Assembly (NCBI GenBank): GCA_020854065.1
Contig: JADZGF010000003.1
Coordinates: 96,913-160,912 of the forward strand
Length of the DNA stretch: 64,000 bases
Origin: Candidatus Nomurabacteria bacterium
GTDB taxonomy: Bacteria > Patescibacteriota > Minisyncoccia > Phycocordibacterales > SBAW01
Direction: 5' to 3'
Part shown: positions 16,670-26,576 of the stretch, piece after piece
Numbering within the stretch: the first letter of the stretch is position 1
How the letters are laid out: every line of letters starts with the position of its first letter
Position numbers and translations under genes: made by a program
Notes under the pieces: generated by a model
Databases searched by the model: none
Told to the model about the DNA's origin: nothing
Seen by the model: the letters and a program-made list of their open reading frames with translations, nothing else

Positions 16670-17506
16670 ATGTCGGTGTTGGTCCGTAAAGCAGATGGCT
16701 TAACCGAGCCGTTTGCGCCACAAAAGTTGCTTGAGTCGCTGCATCGCGCAGGTGCCGAAGAGTCTTCCGCGCGCGAAGTGCTTGGTCGTGTTGAGCACGA
16801 TCTCTATCCGGGCATTACAACGCAAGAGATATATCGTCGCGCCTTTGGGTATTTGCGTGACCAGCGCAAAGGAGTCGCTGCCCGCTACAGCCTTAAGCGC
16901 TCAGTCATGGAGTTTGGTCCCTCAGGGTTTCCGTTCGAGGTATTCATCGCCGAGCTTTTGCGGACTGATGGATACACGGCAGTGACAGATCAGATCATCA
17001 AAGGCGCCTGCGTCGAACATGAGGTGGATGTGGTGGCAAAAAAGAAGAACGAGATTTTATATGTTGAAGCAAAGTTCCATAACGCACCCGCGTTTAAAAC
17101 TGATCTTAAGGTTACGCTGTATGTAAAAGCGCGTCTTGACGATATTGCAGCCGCTCGTGTTGCCACCAAAGCGAAAGGAGAAATGAAGGGACTTATTGTC
17201 ACCAACACCAAATTTACGGGACACGCAGTACGGTATGCGTCGTGCGCAGGTGTTGATCTTTTAGGTTGGGATGAGCCGCGCGGCGCAACACTGCATGAGC
17301 GTATTGTTGCCGCGAAACTCTATCCTGTTACTGCACTTACCTCCCTTACGCGCCGCGAAAAGATATCGCTTCTTGAAAAACAAGTCGTCCTTTGTAGTGC
17401 TCTTGCGGCAGACCATACAATTCTTGCAGGAATTGGAGTACACGGGGGACGTACCCAAGAAATATTGGACGAAGTGACCTCACTCTCCGGATGGGATAAG
17501 CCCTGA
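16670..17506 (+). CDS. ATP-cone domain fused to Mrr-like PD-(D/E)XK endonuclease
   Basis: VRKADG..EPF...KL..SL..AG ATP cone; GPSGFPFE, HEVDVVA...VEAK, VTNTKFT..A..YA. Confidence 0.8.
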   Translation: MSVLVRKADGLTEPFAPQKLLESLHRAGAEESSAREVLGRVEHDLYPGITTQEIYRRAFGYLRDQRKGVAARYSLKRSVMEFGPSGFPFEVFIAELLRTDGYTAVTDQIIKGACVEHEVDVVAKKKNEILYVEAKFHNAPAFKTDLKVTLYVKARLDDIAAARVATKAKGEMKGLIVTNTKFTGHAVRYASCAGVDLLGWDEPRGATLHERIVAAKLYPVTALTSLTRREKISLLEKQVVLCSALAADHTILAGIGVHGGRTQEILDEVTSLSGWDKP

Positions 17507-17559
17507 TACAATAGATATAGTCGCTCGTTGGTCCGATTATTTATCTATATACGAATGGT

Positions 17560-18153
17560 ATGCAGGACACGGAGAAAGACAAAGAGAAGGCTGATTTATC
17601 ATGGACAAAACCAAGCTCTATTGTGGACGCGGTGACGGCAAAAACGTCTAGTGTACAACATGCAGAGCCGTCGGTAGCACGTTCTGTGGGCATATTTGCG
17701 GCAGGAGTTGTGGTGGGTGTACTTGTTGGTTGGGGCTTTTCCGTTATGAAGAGTGAGCCAGTCGCAACGAGTTTGAATGCTTCAGAAGGTGGGGCAGTGG
17801 CGCGCGCCGGCCTCTCCGTTGGTCCAAATGGCGAAGTGCAAGGTGCATTTGAAGTATCCGCTGAGCAGAAGGCGGGCAAAAAAGTTGTAATTACTCGTGC
17901 AGTGGTCAGTGCGCCTACGTGGATCGTGGTGTATGACTCAGTCGATGGTACGGTTGGTCGTGCATTAGGCGCATCGCTCTTTAGCCCCCAAAAACAAAGT
18001 GGCACGGTGACGCTTCTGCGCGCTACGGTTCCCGGTAAAAGTTATTTTGTAGGACAGGCTGTTGATAATGGGAATGGAACCTTCTCCATGAGTACCGATA
18101 CGCCGGTTATGGTGGGGGAAGAGCGTTTGTTACTTACCTTTACTGCCAATTAA
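17560..18153 (+). CDS. single-TM hypothetical protein with extracellular beta domain
   Basis: one TM segment then AEQKAG..V, WIVV, G.ALGA, DNGNG.F. Confidence 0.7.
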   Translation: MQDTEKDKEKADLSWTKPSSIVDAVTAKTSSVQHAEPSVARSVGIFAAGVVVGVLVGWGFSVMKSEPVATSLNASEGGAVARAGLSVGPNGEVQGAFEVSAEQKAGKKVVITRAVVSAPTWIVVYDSVDGTVGRALGASLFSPQKQSGTVTLLRATVPGKSYFVGQAVDNGNGTFSMSTDTPVMVGEERLLLTFTAN

Positions 18154-18161
18154 TATAAAAC

Positions 18162-18611
18162 ATGGATATGGAAACGAGTGTAATCATTGGAATGGTGTCT
18201 GCAACGGTGCTTGGATCACTACTTGGTCTTGAACGCTCCGTTTCAGGAAAGCATGCAGGTATGCGCACCTACGCATTGGTGAGTCTTGGTGCGGCACTGT
18301 TCTCCGCGGTGGGCGTTTTAGCATCGTATAAGCTTGCGTTATTTAGCGGCACTAATCCACTCCAGATTGCTGGTTCGGTTGCCATTGGTATCGGCTTTAT
18401 TGGCGCCGGCCTCTCAGCGATGCGTGGTGATCATGCGGAACTCACAACCGCTGCAGGTATTTGGCTTGCGGCAGCTGTCGGGGTTGCGTGTGGACTCGGC
18501 TTTTTTAGCATTGCAGTAGTCTCTACAGTACTCGGTATACTCATATTTTCGGTATTTACCCGTGTAGAGCATGCTATTTCTTCACGATACAGGACGCAGG
18601 GCGGAGAATAG
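18162..18611 (+). CDS. MgtC/SapB family membrane protein
   Basis: LGLER...KHAGMRT..LV.LG, GIGFIGAG, LTTAAGIW. Confidence 0.9.
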   Translation: MDMETSVIIGMVSATVLGSLLGLERSVSGKHAGMRTYALVSLGAALFSAVGVLASYKLALFSGTNPLQIAGSVAIGIGFIGAGLSAMRGDHAELTTAAGIWLAAAVGVACGLGFFSIAVVSTVLGILIFSVFTRVEHAISSRYRTQGGE

Positions 18612-18625
18612 GGTAAGATAGTTCG

Positions 18626-19477
18626 GTGAGCCAATACTACAAACCCAACCGCAATCCAGACTACAGTTACGGAGGAAGTAGATGGACCCTTTCGCGCTCA
18701 AAAATTGATCTCTTTCTAGAATGTGCGCGATGTTTTTATATCGACAATAAGCTTGGGGTGGCGCGACCACCTGGTTTTCCTTTTAACTTAAACTCAGCAG
18801 TCGATGCACTGTTAAAGAAAGAGCTTGATACGCATCGTGCCAATGGCACACGGCATCCGCTCGCAGAAGCGTATGGTCTTGATGCAATACCATTCAATCA
18901 CGAGCGTATGGATGAGTGGCGCGACGCACTGAAGCGAGGTGTCAAAGTATTCCACAAACCAACAGGACTCACCGTGCGTGGTGGTGTTGACGACCTATGG
19001 GTTAATCCTGCCGGAGAGATTATCGTTATCGACTATAAAGCGACGAGTAAAGATGGTCGTATTGAATCGCTTGATGAAGAATGGCATCGAGGGTATAAGC
19101 GCCAACTCGAGGTGTATCAATGGCTCTTGCGAGAGAATGGTTTTAAAGTCTCTGATATGGGTTATTGGTTTTACGCGAACGCTACGAAAGATCGCAATGC
19201 ATTCGATGCTCGACTCGACTTTGAGATGACGCTCGTGCCGTATAAAGGCAATGCTGATTGGGTTGAACCAACATTGATAGAGCTAAAGGCGTGCCTCGAC
19301 TCGGATGCGGTGCCAACAGCGGGGGCAGATTGTGACTATTGCCGATACCGTGAAGCGGCAGGTAAAGCGCTTCTTGCAACAGTGCCGAGGAGAGTCCCTC
19401 AGCCTGAGAAACCAGTAGTGCCACAGAGTAAGGCTAAGAAAATCGCGTATGAAGAAAAAACTGGACAGCTTTTCTAA
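18626..19477 (+). CDS. PD-(D/E)XK nuclease, RecB/Cas4-like
   Basis: LSRSKID.F..C.RC, GGVDDL, IDYK, QLEVY, C-terminal CDYC; GTG start. Confidence 0.85.
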   Translation: MSQYYKPNRNPDYSYGGSRWTLSRSKIDLFLECARCFYIDNKLGVARPPGFPFNLNSAVDALLKKELDTHRANGTRHPLAEAYGLDAIPFNHERMDEWRDALKRGVKVFHKPTGLTVRGGVDDLWVNPAGEIIVIDYKATSKDGRIESLDEEWHRGYKRQLEVYQWLLRENGFKVSDMGYWFYANATKDRNAFDARLDFEMTLVPYKGNADWVEPTLIELKACLDSDAVPTAGADCDYCRYREAAGKALLATVPRRVPQPEKPVVPQSKAKKIAYEEKTGQLF

Positions 19478-19763
19478 ACCGCAAAAAGGAGTACCTACTA
19501 TTGCGCCGAGTGTGTTCGCAAAGCGTGTGTATGCGGTGGTGGCAAAAATCCCCAAAGGAAAAACCATGACGTACAAACAAGTTGCAGAAAAAGCAGGCAA
19601 TCCTGCTGCGGCACGCGCCGTGGGAACGCTTATGTCTCATAACTATGATCCAAAGATTCCGTGTCATCGTGTGGTGCGCAGCGACGGCAAAATTGGCAAC
19701 TACAACCGTGGTGGCCCTGCAAAGAAGTTTGAGCTTTTGATGATGGAAGGGTATCGCGTGTAA
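19449..19763 (+). CDS. single-domain O6-alkylguanine alkyltransferase (MGMT family)
   Basis: IPKGK..TY..VA, AARAVG, IPCHRVV with active-site Cys. Confidence 0.9.
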   Translation: MKKKLDSFSKPQKGVPTIAPSVFAKRVYAVVAKIPKGKTMTYKQVAEKAGNPAAARAVGTLMSHNYDPKIPCHRVVRSDGKIGNYNRGGPAKKFELLMMEGYRV

Positions 19764-19768
19764 AAGGT

Positions 19769-20434
19769 ATGGAGGTAAAGTTAGAGCCGAGTTGGAAAGA
19801 GGCTCTGCAAGAAGAATTTGATAAGGAGTATTTTACGCAGCTCGCAGAGTTCGTACGCACAGAGTACACACAAGGAATTGTGTACCCACCTCCAAAATTT
19901 GTCTTTCGTGCCTTTGAACTAACACCGTTTGAGAAAGTAAAAGTAGTTATCTTAGGCCAAGACCCATATCATGGAGTCGGCCAAGCGAATGGGCTTTGTT
20001 TTGCGGTGAATGAAGGAGTGACGCTGCCGCCGTCTCTTCAAAACATTTATAAAGAGATTGAGTCTGATATAGGTAGTGCACCACACCGCGCTGGTGACCT
20101 TGAGCGATGGGCTGCGCAAGGAGTGCTACTCCTTAATGCAACCCTTACCGTGCGCGCTAAATTGGCGGGATCGCACCAAAATAAAGGATGGGAGCAGTTT
20201 ACCGACGCCGCGATTGCAGCACTCTCAGAGAAACGAGACGGTTTGGTGTTTATACTCTGGGGCAATTATGCCAAAGCGAAGGGCGCGCATATTGATCGCA
20301 CCAAACATTTGGTTATCGAATCAGCACACCCGTCACCCTTTTCTGCATACAATGGTTTTTTTGGCAGCAAACCATTTAGTAAGACAAACGAGTACTTAGA
20401 GAAGCACGGAAAAGAACCTATTACTTGGCTCTAG
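19769..20434 (+). CDS. ung: uracil-DNA glycosylase family 1
   Basis: GQDPYH, PPSLQNI, GVLLLN, HPSP. Confidence 0.97.
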   Translation: MEVKLEPSWKEALQEEFDKEYFTQLAEFVRTEYTQGIVYPPPKFVFRAFELTPFEKVKVVILGQDPYHGVGQANGLCFAVNEGVTLPPSLQNIYKEIESDIGSAPHRAGDLERWAAQGVLLLNATLTVRAKLAGSHQNKGWEQFTDAAIAALSEKRDGLVFILWGNYAKAKGAHIDRTKHLVIESAHPSPFSAYNGFFGSKPFSKTNEYLEKHGKEPITWL

Positions 20435-20436
20435 AT

Positions 20437-22383
20437 CTACCAAATCTCTGCACGCTCCTTGGGATCTCGATATAGTTTGTCTCTTTTTTTAACCTCAAGC
20501 ATTTCAATAAACGGTGTGAAGTTTGAGAGTGGGTTATTGATGCGGAAGGATGCTTCGGCGTGTGGGTCGGTGAGTGCCGCGAGCTTTGCAGACTCAGGAC
20601 GGCGCAACTCGCGTTCCATCTGTGCGTAGGCAAGGAAGAATCGCTGCTCAGGGGAGAGTCCTTCAATATCATAGCGACCCGTCTTATCAAGATGTTTCTG
20701 ATAGGCATCCCATGCAATAACTAATCCTCCAAGGTCAGCAATATTCTCTCCCAAGGTAAGTTTGCCGTTCATATGCACTCCGGGCTCCACTTCGTGTTTG
20801 TCTGCCTGTGCAACGATAAGTTCTGCGCGCTTCTCAAACCGTGCACGATCATCTGCACTCCACCAGTTACGCAAATTGCCGTTGTGGTCATATTTTGATC
20901 CTTCGTCGTCAAAGCCATGGGTCATCTCATGGCCAATAACACTGCCAATACCTGCGTAGTTGAGTGCCGCATCAGCAACACTGTCGAAGAATGGCCACTG
21001 CAATATTGCTGCAGGGAAGACGATCTCGTTCATCGGAGGATTAAAATAAGCATTCACGGTCTGTGGCGTCATGAGCCACTCGTGCCTATCAATAGGGCGC
21101 CCGAGTTTACGCAACTCACGCTTGTGTTCAAACTCCGTTGCACGCAATACGTTGCCTGCATAATCATCCTTTTTAATGACGAGGCCTTTGTAGTTCTTCC
21201 AACGCTTCGGATATGCAATCTTGCGCTCCATAGCACGGAGCTTCTTGATTGCTTTCTTTTTCGTAGGACCACTCATCCACGACAAAGCTTTTATGCGGCT
21301 CTCATACACTGTAAATAGGTCGCTCACTAACTCGTCCGTAGCTTTCTTTGCTGCGGGAGGGAAGTGTTTGGCAACATATGCTTTGCCCAAGAGTTCGCCC
21401 AAGGTGCCGCCCGTGGCACCGAGTGCGCGGCGCCATAGCGGTTTCATCTTTTTGGTGCCGGCTAGTACTTGGGAGTAGAACCAAAAGTTTTCTTTTACAA
21501 ACTGCTCCGAAAGCATGCCTGCTGCATTGTTAAGCAGATGGAAATCGAGATAGGTTTGCCATTCAGAAAGCGGAATCTCTTTTAGCATCTGTGAGATCTC
21601 CTTAAAGAACTCAGGCTGGCCTACTAATACGTACGGAATTTTCGGCACACCAAGTCCAGTGAGGAAAGTACGCCACTCAATAGCAGGGGAGAGACGCTGC
21701 AGGGTTTTGAAGGTGTACTTGTGATAGATCTTATGTGGATCGCGCATATCCTCTTTCGGCATAGATGCTTTCGCAAGACGTGTTTCAATGCGCATGACCA
21801 CATCCGCAACGCGTGATGCCTCTTTTGCACTACCGCCACCAAGGCGCACGATGTTTTTAATGTGTTTTATGTAGGCAGTGCGAACGCGTACCTGCTCTGG
21901 TTTATCAAGCAGATAGTAGTCACGATCCGGCATACCCAAACCACCTTGCCAGAGAAACAATGCGTAGCGTGTTGTGTTCTTTAGATCTTGTTCAATCATT
22001 TCGCCCCACATGCCCCCAAGTCCTCTGCGGCTGAGTGTGATGAGGGTTTTCTGCAATTGAGCAGGCGTCTTAATGGCCGCAATCTCTTTACGGAGACCTT
22101 CAATTGGTTTAATTCCTTTTTTATTACGTAGCGGCATGTTAAGTGCTGATGCATACATATTTCGTATCTGTGCCTCTTTGGTTGTTTCAACCAAGGTTTT
22201 TAGTTGTAGTTCGGTATCGTATCGGAGCGTGATAAAGCTACCCCAGCGGGATTCCTCTGGCGGGATCTTTGCATTTTTCAGCCATGAGCCGTTGGCGTAA
22301 TGGTAGAAATCGTCCTCGGGTCGCACGCTTCTGTCTATGGCACTGGTGTCAAAACCCCACCCTTTTTTTAGTCTTTTCTGCAT
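20437..22383 (-). CDS. pepO: M13 family metalloendopeptidase (PepO-like)
   Basis: DDFYHYANG.W, VNAYF, VIGHEMTHGFD, TLGENIAD; ATG 22383. Confidence 0.9.
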   Translation of the reverse strand: MQKRLKKGWGFDTSAIDRSVRPEDDFYHYANGSWLKNAKIPPEESRWGSFITLRYDTELQLKTLVETTKEAQIRNMYASALNMPLRNKKGIKPIEGLRKEIAAIKTPAQLQKTLITLSRRGLGGMWGEMIEQDLKNTTRYALFLWQGGLGMPDRDYYLLDKPEQVRVRTAYIKHIKNIVRLGGGSAKEASRVADVVMRIETRLAKASMPKEDMRDPHKIYHKYTFKTLQRLSPAIEWRTFLTGLGVPKIPYVLVGQPEFFKEISQMLKEIPLSEWQTYLDFHLLNNAAGMLSEQFVKENFWFYSQVLAGTKKMKPLWRRALGATGGTLGELLGKAYVAKHFPPAAKKATDELVSDLFTVYESRIKALSWMSGPTKKKAIKKLRAMERKIAYPKRWKNYKGLVIKKDDYAGNVLRATEFEHKRELRKLGRPIDRHEWLMTPQTVNAYFNPPMNEIVFPAAILQWPFFDSVADAALNYAGIGSVIGHEMTHGFDDEGSKYDHNGNLRNWWSADDRARFEKRAELIVAQADKHEVEPGVHMNGKLTLGENIADLGGLVIAWDAYQKHLDKTGRYDIEGLSPEQRFFLAYAQMERELRRPESAKLAALTDPHAEASFRINNPLSNFTPFIEMLEVKKRDKLYRDPKERAEIW

Positions 22384-22429
22384 AATGAATTTGATAATAA
22401 CAGAACCTACCTTTTTCAGCAGTAAATTA

Positions 22430-22458
22430 TTGACCAAACATTAATTTCATGTTATTTT
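22430..22458 (+). promoter_or_regulatory. sigma70-type promoter of the repeat-protein/ParB module
   Basis: TTGACC-N17-TATTTT with extended TG; AGGAG SD before ATG 22507. Confidence 0.55.
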
Positions 22459-22506
22459 ACTTCATAGGTAGAACGTTGAAAATTCTCACTTAATTAGGAG
22501 TAAGTA

Positions 22507-23583
22507 ATGCCCAGAAAGTGGAGCAAAGAGATTGTGGTCCGCCACATCTTAAAGCGACACCGGAGTGGCAAGAAGCTTAACTCCGGATACATGCAAACGC
22601 GCTGCGTTCCTCTCTATCAAGCAGGATGTCTACACTACGGGAATTGGCAGAAAGCCATAGAGGCTGCCGGGCTCAAATATGAAAATATAAAAATCAATAA
22701 GAGTCGGTGGTATCGCCCAAAGTGGAATAAAGAGAAAGTTGTCGTAGTTATTCGAAATCGATATAAGCGCAGTCTTCCTCTTAATTCAAACCATATTCAA
22801 ACAAGATTGGGACGATTATACGCCGCTGCTATTAAATATCACGGGAGTTGGCCTCAGGCTGTAGCCGCTGCTGGACTTGATTATGCGAAGTTCAGAAAAG
22901 TGACTATGCGTTACTGGTCAAAGAAGGCTATTGTAGCGGAAATCTTACGTCGTTCTGACACTAAGCTCTCTATTCGTGGCGGTGATGTTGCAAACGAAGA
23001 CCCAAGTCTTTATCGAGCGTCTATTCGACACTTCGGAAGGCGAGGGTGGACTAAAGCAAGGATGCTCGCTGGATTCCCGCCAATCGACCCTTCGCCACTG
23101 ATCATATGGAGTAAAGAAACGGTAATACAAGAAATCCTTCAGCTTCATGAAAATGGAGTCCCGCTCAATACGGGCGCACTCGGAGAAACGTATGGTTACA
23201 TTCGTAGCGCTGGCGAAAAACACTTTGGGTCGTGGGGGAAAGCCATTACTGCGGCTGGCCTCGATTATCTAACGATCTGCAAGAACAAACCGAGAGGCTG
23301 GTGGACAAAATCTCGTCTTATTCAAGCAATACAAAACTTGGATAAACAAGGTCTTCGTCTGAGCTCTAAAAGCATAAAGGAGTCTCATGGAGATATCTTT
23401 GGCTCTGCACTCTCTAAGTTTGGAAGTTGGAGTCAGGCAGTCGAAGCTGCAGGTATATCATATAGGCTTCATACGCGGGTATGGTCGACCAAGGCTTGGA
23501 TGCGTAGAATGCAAGAAGACGAATACAACATAACGCTCGAAAGAGCACAAACCCACGCAAAGAAACGAAGGAGAATTGCATGA
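22507..23583 (+). CDS. basic protein with five ~65-aa repeats (homing-endonuclease-associated-repeat-like)
   Basis: five copies of W(S/T/N)K..(V/I)...I...LY.A...(F/Y/H)G.W..A..AAG; K/R-rich. Confidence 0.8.
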   Translation: MPRKWSKEIVVRHILKRHRSGKKLNSGYMQTRCVPLYQAGCLHYGNWQKAIEAAGLKYENIKINKSRWYRPKWNKEKVVVVIRNRYKRSLPLNSNHIQTRLGRLYAAAIKYHGSWPQAVAAAGLDYAKFRKVTMRYWSKKAIVAEILRRSDTKLSIRGGDVANEDPSLYRASIRHFGRRGWTKARMLAGFPPIDPSPLIIWSKETVIQEILQLHENGVPLNTGALGETYGYIRSAGEKHFGSWGKAITAAGLDYLTICKNKPRGWWTKSRLIQAIQNLDKQGLRLSSKSIKESHGDIFGSALSKFGSWSQAVEAAGISYRLHTRVWSTKAWMRRMQEDEYNITLERAQTHAKKRRRIA

Positions 23584-24620
23584 GCTTGCCGCAGTCGCTG
23601 ACTTCAATTTTGAAGCAGATGCCACGTATCCCGGTCAACAAGATCCGAGAAAACTTGGTTACGCTTCGAACTGAATACGAGCCGGAATCTCTCGGTGAGT
23701 TGGGGGATTCGATGGATGAGAAAGGTCAGCTACAACCCATTATCGTCCAACCAGCCAATGACGAAAATTATTTCGATCTCGTCATTGGTTCGCGCCGACT
23801 TCGGGCTGCAAAATCGAAAGGGCATCAAGATGTGGTCGCATATGTCATCGACAGGCGCGATCCCGTCGAGTTGCTCTTCATCGCTTTGGCCGAAAACCTT
23901 CATCGTCGTGATCTGAATCCTTTTGAGGAGGCGCAGGGCTTCCTGCGGCTCATGAAGGAATTCAATCTCGATCTGAAGGCTGTTGCTAAAGGAGTTAATA
24001 AGCCTGAGTCCCATGTCCGCAGTCGTCTCCAGCTGCTCAGTATGCCGGAGGAAGTTGTGGAGATGGTTGCGGAACACCAGCTTCCGATCCATCATGTTCG
24101 AACACTTGCACGGCTGCCAACTGGCGAAGGTCAGGTTCGGCTCGCTCGATCGGCGGTTGAGAATCGCCTCAGTCAATCAGAACTGAGTGCACAAGTACGA
24201 CAGGAGCTCTCCGAACCACCCCGTAAGGAGCGGGAGTCCCATGAACTTACGCCTGTAAAGCTGCAAGCTCGGGTTGGTGAGTTCGTCACCTTCCTACAAA
24301 AAGTGCCGCGCCGTCTTAACTTGCGTCGCATGAACGCATCTGAAAAAACAAGCCTGGTAAATTGCTTGCAATCTTTATCAGATGAAGCCCGGGCACTCCT
24401 GTCTACTGTAAAGGATGCAACATCACCTGCTGCGAAGACGCACCCGAACCTTACAAGAAGCCATACTGACCCAAATAATCACGGTCAGGAATGGACAATT
24501 CAGGATCTCAGGAGAATCCACGCGAAGCGTCGACCGTCTGATGGAGAACTTGCAGTTGAACTTGGTCGCACTGTTGGTGCGATAAAAGTAATGAGAAGTC
24601 TGTCAAAAGACAGAGCATAA
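23580..24620 (+). CDS. ParB/Spo0J-family CTPase with extra C-terminal Myb-like HTH
   Basis: LQPIIV, GSRRLRA, ALAENLHRRDLNPFEEA, central HTH; C-terminal EWT...ELAVELGRTVGAI; 4-nt overlap with the upstream gene. Confidence 0.85.
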   Translation: MSLPQSLTSILKQMPRIPVNKIRENLVTLRTEYEPESLGELGDSMDEKGQLQPIIVQPANDENYFDLVIGSRRLRAAKSKGHQDVVAYVIDRRDPVELLFIALAENLHRRDLNPFEEAQGFLRLMKEFNLDLKAVAKGVNKPESHVRSRLQLLSMPEEVVEMVAEHQLPIHHVRTLARLPTGEGQVRLARSAVENRLSQSELSAQVRQELSEPPRKERESHELTPVKLQARVGEFVTFLQKVPRRLNLRRMNASEKTSLVNCLQSLSDEARALLSTVKDATSPAAKTHPNLTRSHTDPNNHGQEWTIQDLRRIHAKRRPSDGELAVELGRTVGAIKVMRSLSKDRA

Positions 24621-24625
24621 AAACA

Positions 24626-24658
24626 CAGGGTCCCGTACGCGGGGCCCTTTTTCTTTTG
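24626..24658 (+). terminator. intrinsic terminator
   Basis: AGGGTCCCG-N-CGGGGCCCT stem followed by TTTTTCTTTT. Confidence 0.75.
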
Positions 24659-24684
24659 TAAAAAATGTTGTATTTTGATACTCA

Positions 24685-26547
24685 ATGACTCCGAATCAGG
24701 TGCGGGAGAAATATCTCAAGTTTTTTGCTGAACGCGGGCATACCGTTATCCCTTCGGCGCCGCTTGTGCCAGAAAACGATCCAACCACTCTTTTCACCGG
24801 CTCAGGCATGCAGCCGCTCATCCCATATCTTCTTGGGAAGAATCATCCTGCAGGAAATCGACTCACTGATTCGCAAAAATCATTCCGTGCAATGGACATT
24901 GAAGAGGTTGGTGACAATCGCCATACAACCTTTTTTGAAATGTTGGGCAACTGGTCATTAGGTGACTATTTCAAGCAAGAACAACTTCCGTGGTTCTTTG
25001 AATTTCTTACAAAGGAAATCGGTCTCGATCCGAAGCGTTTGTATGTGAGCGTCTATGCAGGGGATGAAACAGCAGGAGTACCGCGCGATACAGAATCAGC
25101 TGAGGTGTGGAAGAAGCTTTTTAGTGACGCAGGAATTGATGCGAAAGACATTGAACTGATAACTGAAGAGAACGGAGCAGAGTTGGGTATGCAGGGTGGC
25201 CGCATCTTCTACTACCGCGATAAAAACTGGTGGAGTCGTGCCGGAGTACCCGAGAAAATGCCTGCAGGGGAACCAGGTGGTCCTGATTCCGAAGTCTTCT
25301 ATGAGTTTGAGCATATAGCGCACGATCCGAAGTTTGGTGCCCACTGCCATCCAAACTGTGATTGTGGTCGTTATCTCGAAATCGGTAACTCAGTATTTAT
25401 GGAGTTTATTAAAAATGCCGATGGGACCTTCGGCAAACTCCCGAAGCGTAACGTCGACTTTGGTGGCGGACTTGAGCGCATTGCTGCAGCAAGCCAAGGC
25501 AAAGATGATGTCTTTTTGGTAAACCACAGCTACCTCATCGAAGCGCTTGAGCAATCGACAGGCACTACGTATGCAGATCATATTCGCGCATATCGCGTTA
25601 TTGCTGACCATATAAAAGCTGCCGTCTTCCTTATCGGCGATGGTGTACTTCCTGGCAACAAAGACCAAGGTTATTTTGTACGCAGACTCTTGCGTCGCAG
25701 CATACTTGCGGCAAGCAAGCTTGGGACCATCTCTGTCGCATCTTTAGTTGGAGCAATTGTTGAGAACTATAAAGATCAATATCCAGAACTACACACAAAA
25801 AGCGCTGAGATTGAGTCTTCGATCCGCGATGAAGAAAATCGCTTCACCGCAACACTTGCCCGCGGCATGAAAGAACTCGAGCGCTATATCGGCAAAGGTT
25901 CACTTTCGGCTCAAGAGGCGTATGAACTGGTTACCACATACGGCTTTCCCCTCGAACTCATTCTTGAAGAGATCGGGGAGCGCGGTATTACGCAAATTGA
26001 TATTGAGGGCTTTAAAGAATTGTTGAAACAACACCAAGATCTCTCCCGTGCAGGAAGTGAGCAGAAGTTTAAAGGCGGTCTTGCAGATACCTCTGAGGCA
26101 ACCACGCGCCTCCATACCGCCCACCATCTTCTCCTTAAAGCACTTCAAGTCGTTCTGGGGCCCGAGGTACACCAGCGCGGTAGCAATATCACTCAGGAGC
26201 GTCTGCGCATCGACTTTAACTATGGGCAAAAGATGACCGATGAGCAGAAAAAGGAAGTCGAGCGGATTGTAAACGAAAAGATTCAAGAGAATCTTCCTGT
26301 CATTCGTACTGAAATGAGTAAAGACGAGGCAGAGAAGCTCGGTGCAGAACATGAGTTTGGTGCTAAATACCCAGATCGTGTTTCGGTGTACTCAGTTGGT
26401 CCACTTGAAAACGCATTTTCAATCGAGTTTTGTGGTGGTCCGCATGTTGAACAAACAAGCGAGCTAACCAAAGCAGGTACTTTTAAGATTCTTAAAGAAG
26501 AAGCAGTGGCGCAGGGTATCCGCCGCATTCGCGCAGTGCTGCAATAA
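24685..26547 (+). CDS. alaS: alanine--tRNA ligase, short form without C-Ala domain
   Basis: DPTTLF..SGM, HTTFFEMLGNWS, DFGGGLER, HTAHHLL and EFCGGPH editing motifs; 620 aa. Confidence 0.95.
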   Translation: MTPNQVREKYLKFFAERGHTVIPSAPLVPENDPTTLFTGSGMQPLIPYLLGKNHPAGNRLTDSQKSFRAMDIEEVGDNRHTTFFEMLGNWSLGDYFKQEQLPWFFEFLTKEIGLDPKRLYVSVYAGDETAGVPRDTESAEVWKKLFSDAGIDAKDIELITEENGAELGMQGGRIFYYRDKNWWSRAGVPEKMPAGEPGGPDSEVFYEFEHIAHDPKFGAHCHPNCDCGRYLEIGNSVFMEFIKNADGTFGKLPKRNVDFGGGLERIAAASQGKDDVFLVNHSYLIEALEQSTGTTYADHIRAYRVIADHIKAAVFLIGDGVLPGNKDQGYFVRRLLRRSILAASKLGTISVASLVGAIVENYKDQYPELHTKSAEIESSIRDEENRFTATLARGMKELERYIGKGSLSAQEAYELVTTYGFPLELILEEIGERGITQIDIEGFKELLKQHQDLSRAGSEQKFKGGLADTSEATTRLHTAHHLLLKALQVVLGPEVHQRGSNITQERLRIDFNYGQKMTDEQKKEVERIVNEKIQENLPVIRTEMSKDEAEKLGAEHEFGAKYPDRVSVYSVGPLENAFSIEFCGGPHVEQTSELTKAGTFKILKEEAVAQGIRRIRAVLQ

Positions 26548-26576
26548 GAGGCTTTTTAGTGCGCTATACTTTTCGT

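Noticed and set aside
18626-19477. Cas4-like nuclease suggesting CRISPR-Cas
   Set aside because: No cas1/cas2 and no repeat-spacer array seen anywhere in the window
23580-24620. Standard chromosomal parAB locus or nearby parS
   Set aside because: No ParA/Soj and no TGTTNCACGTGAAACA-like site seen by eye; atypical C-terminus
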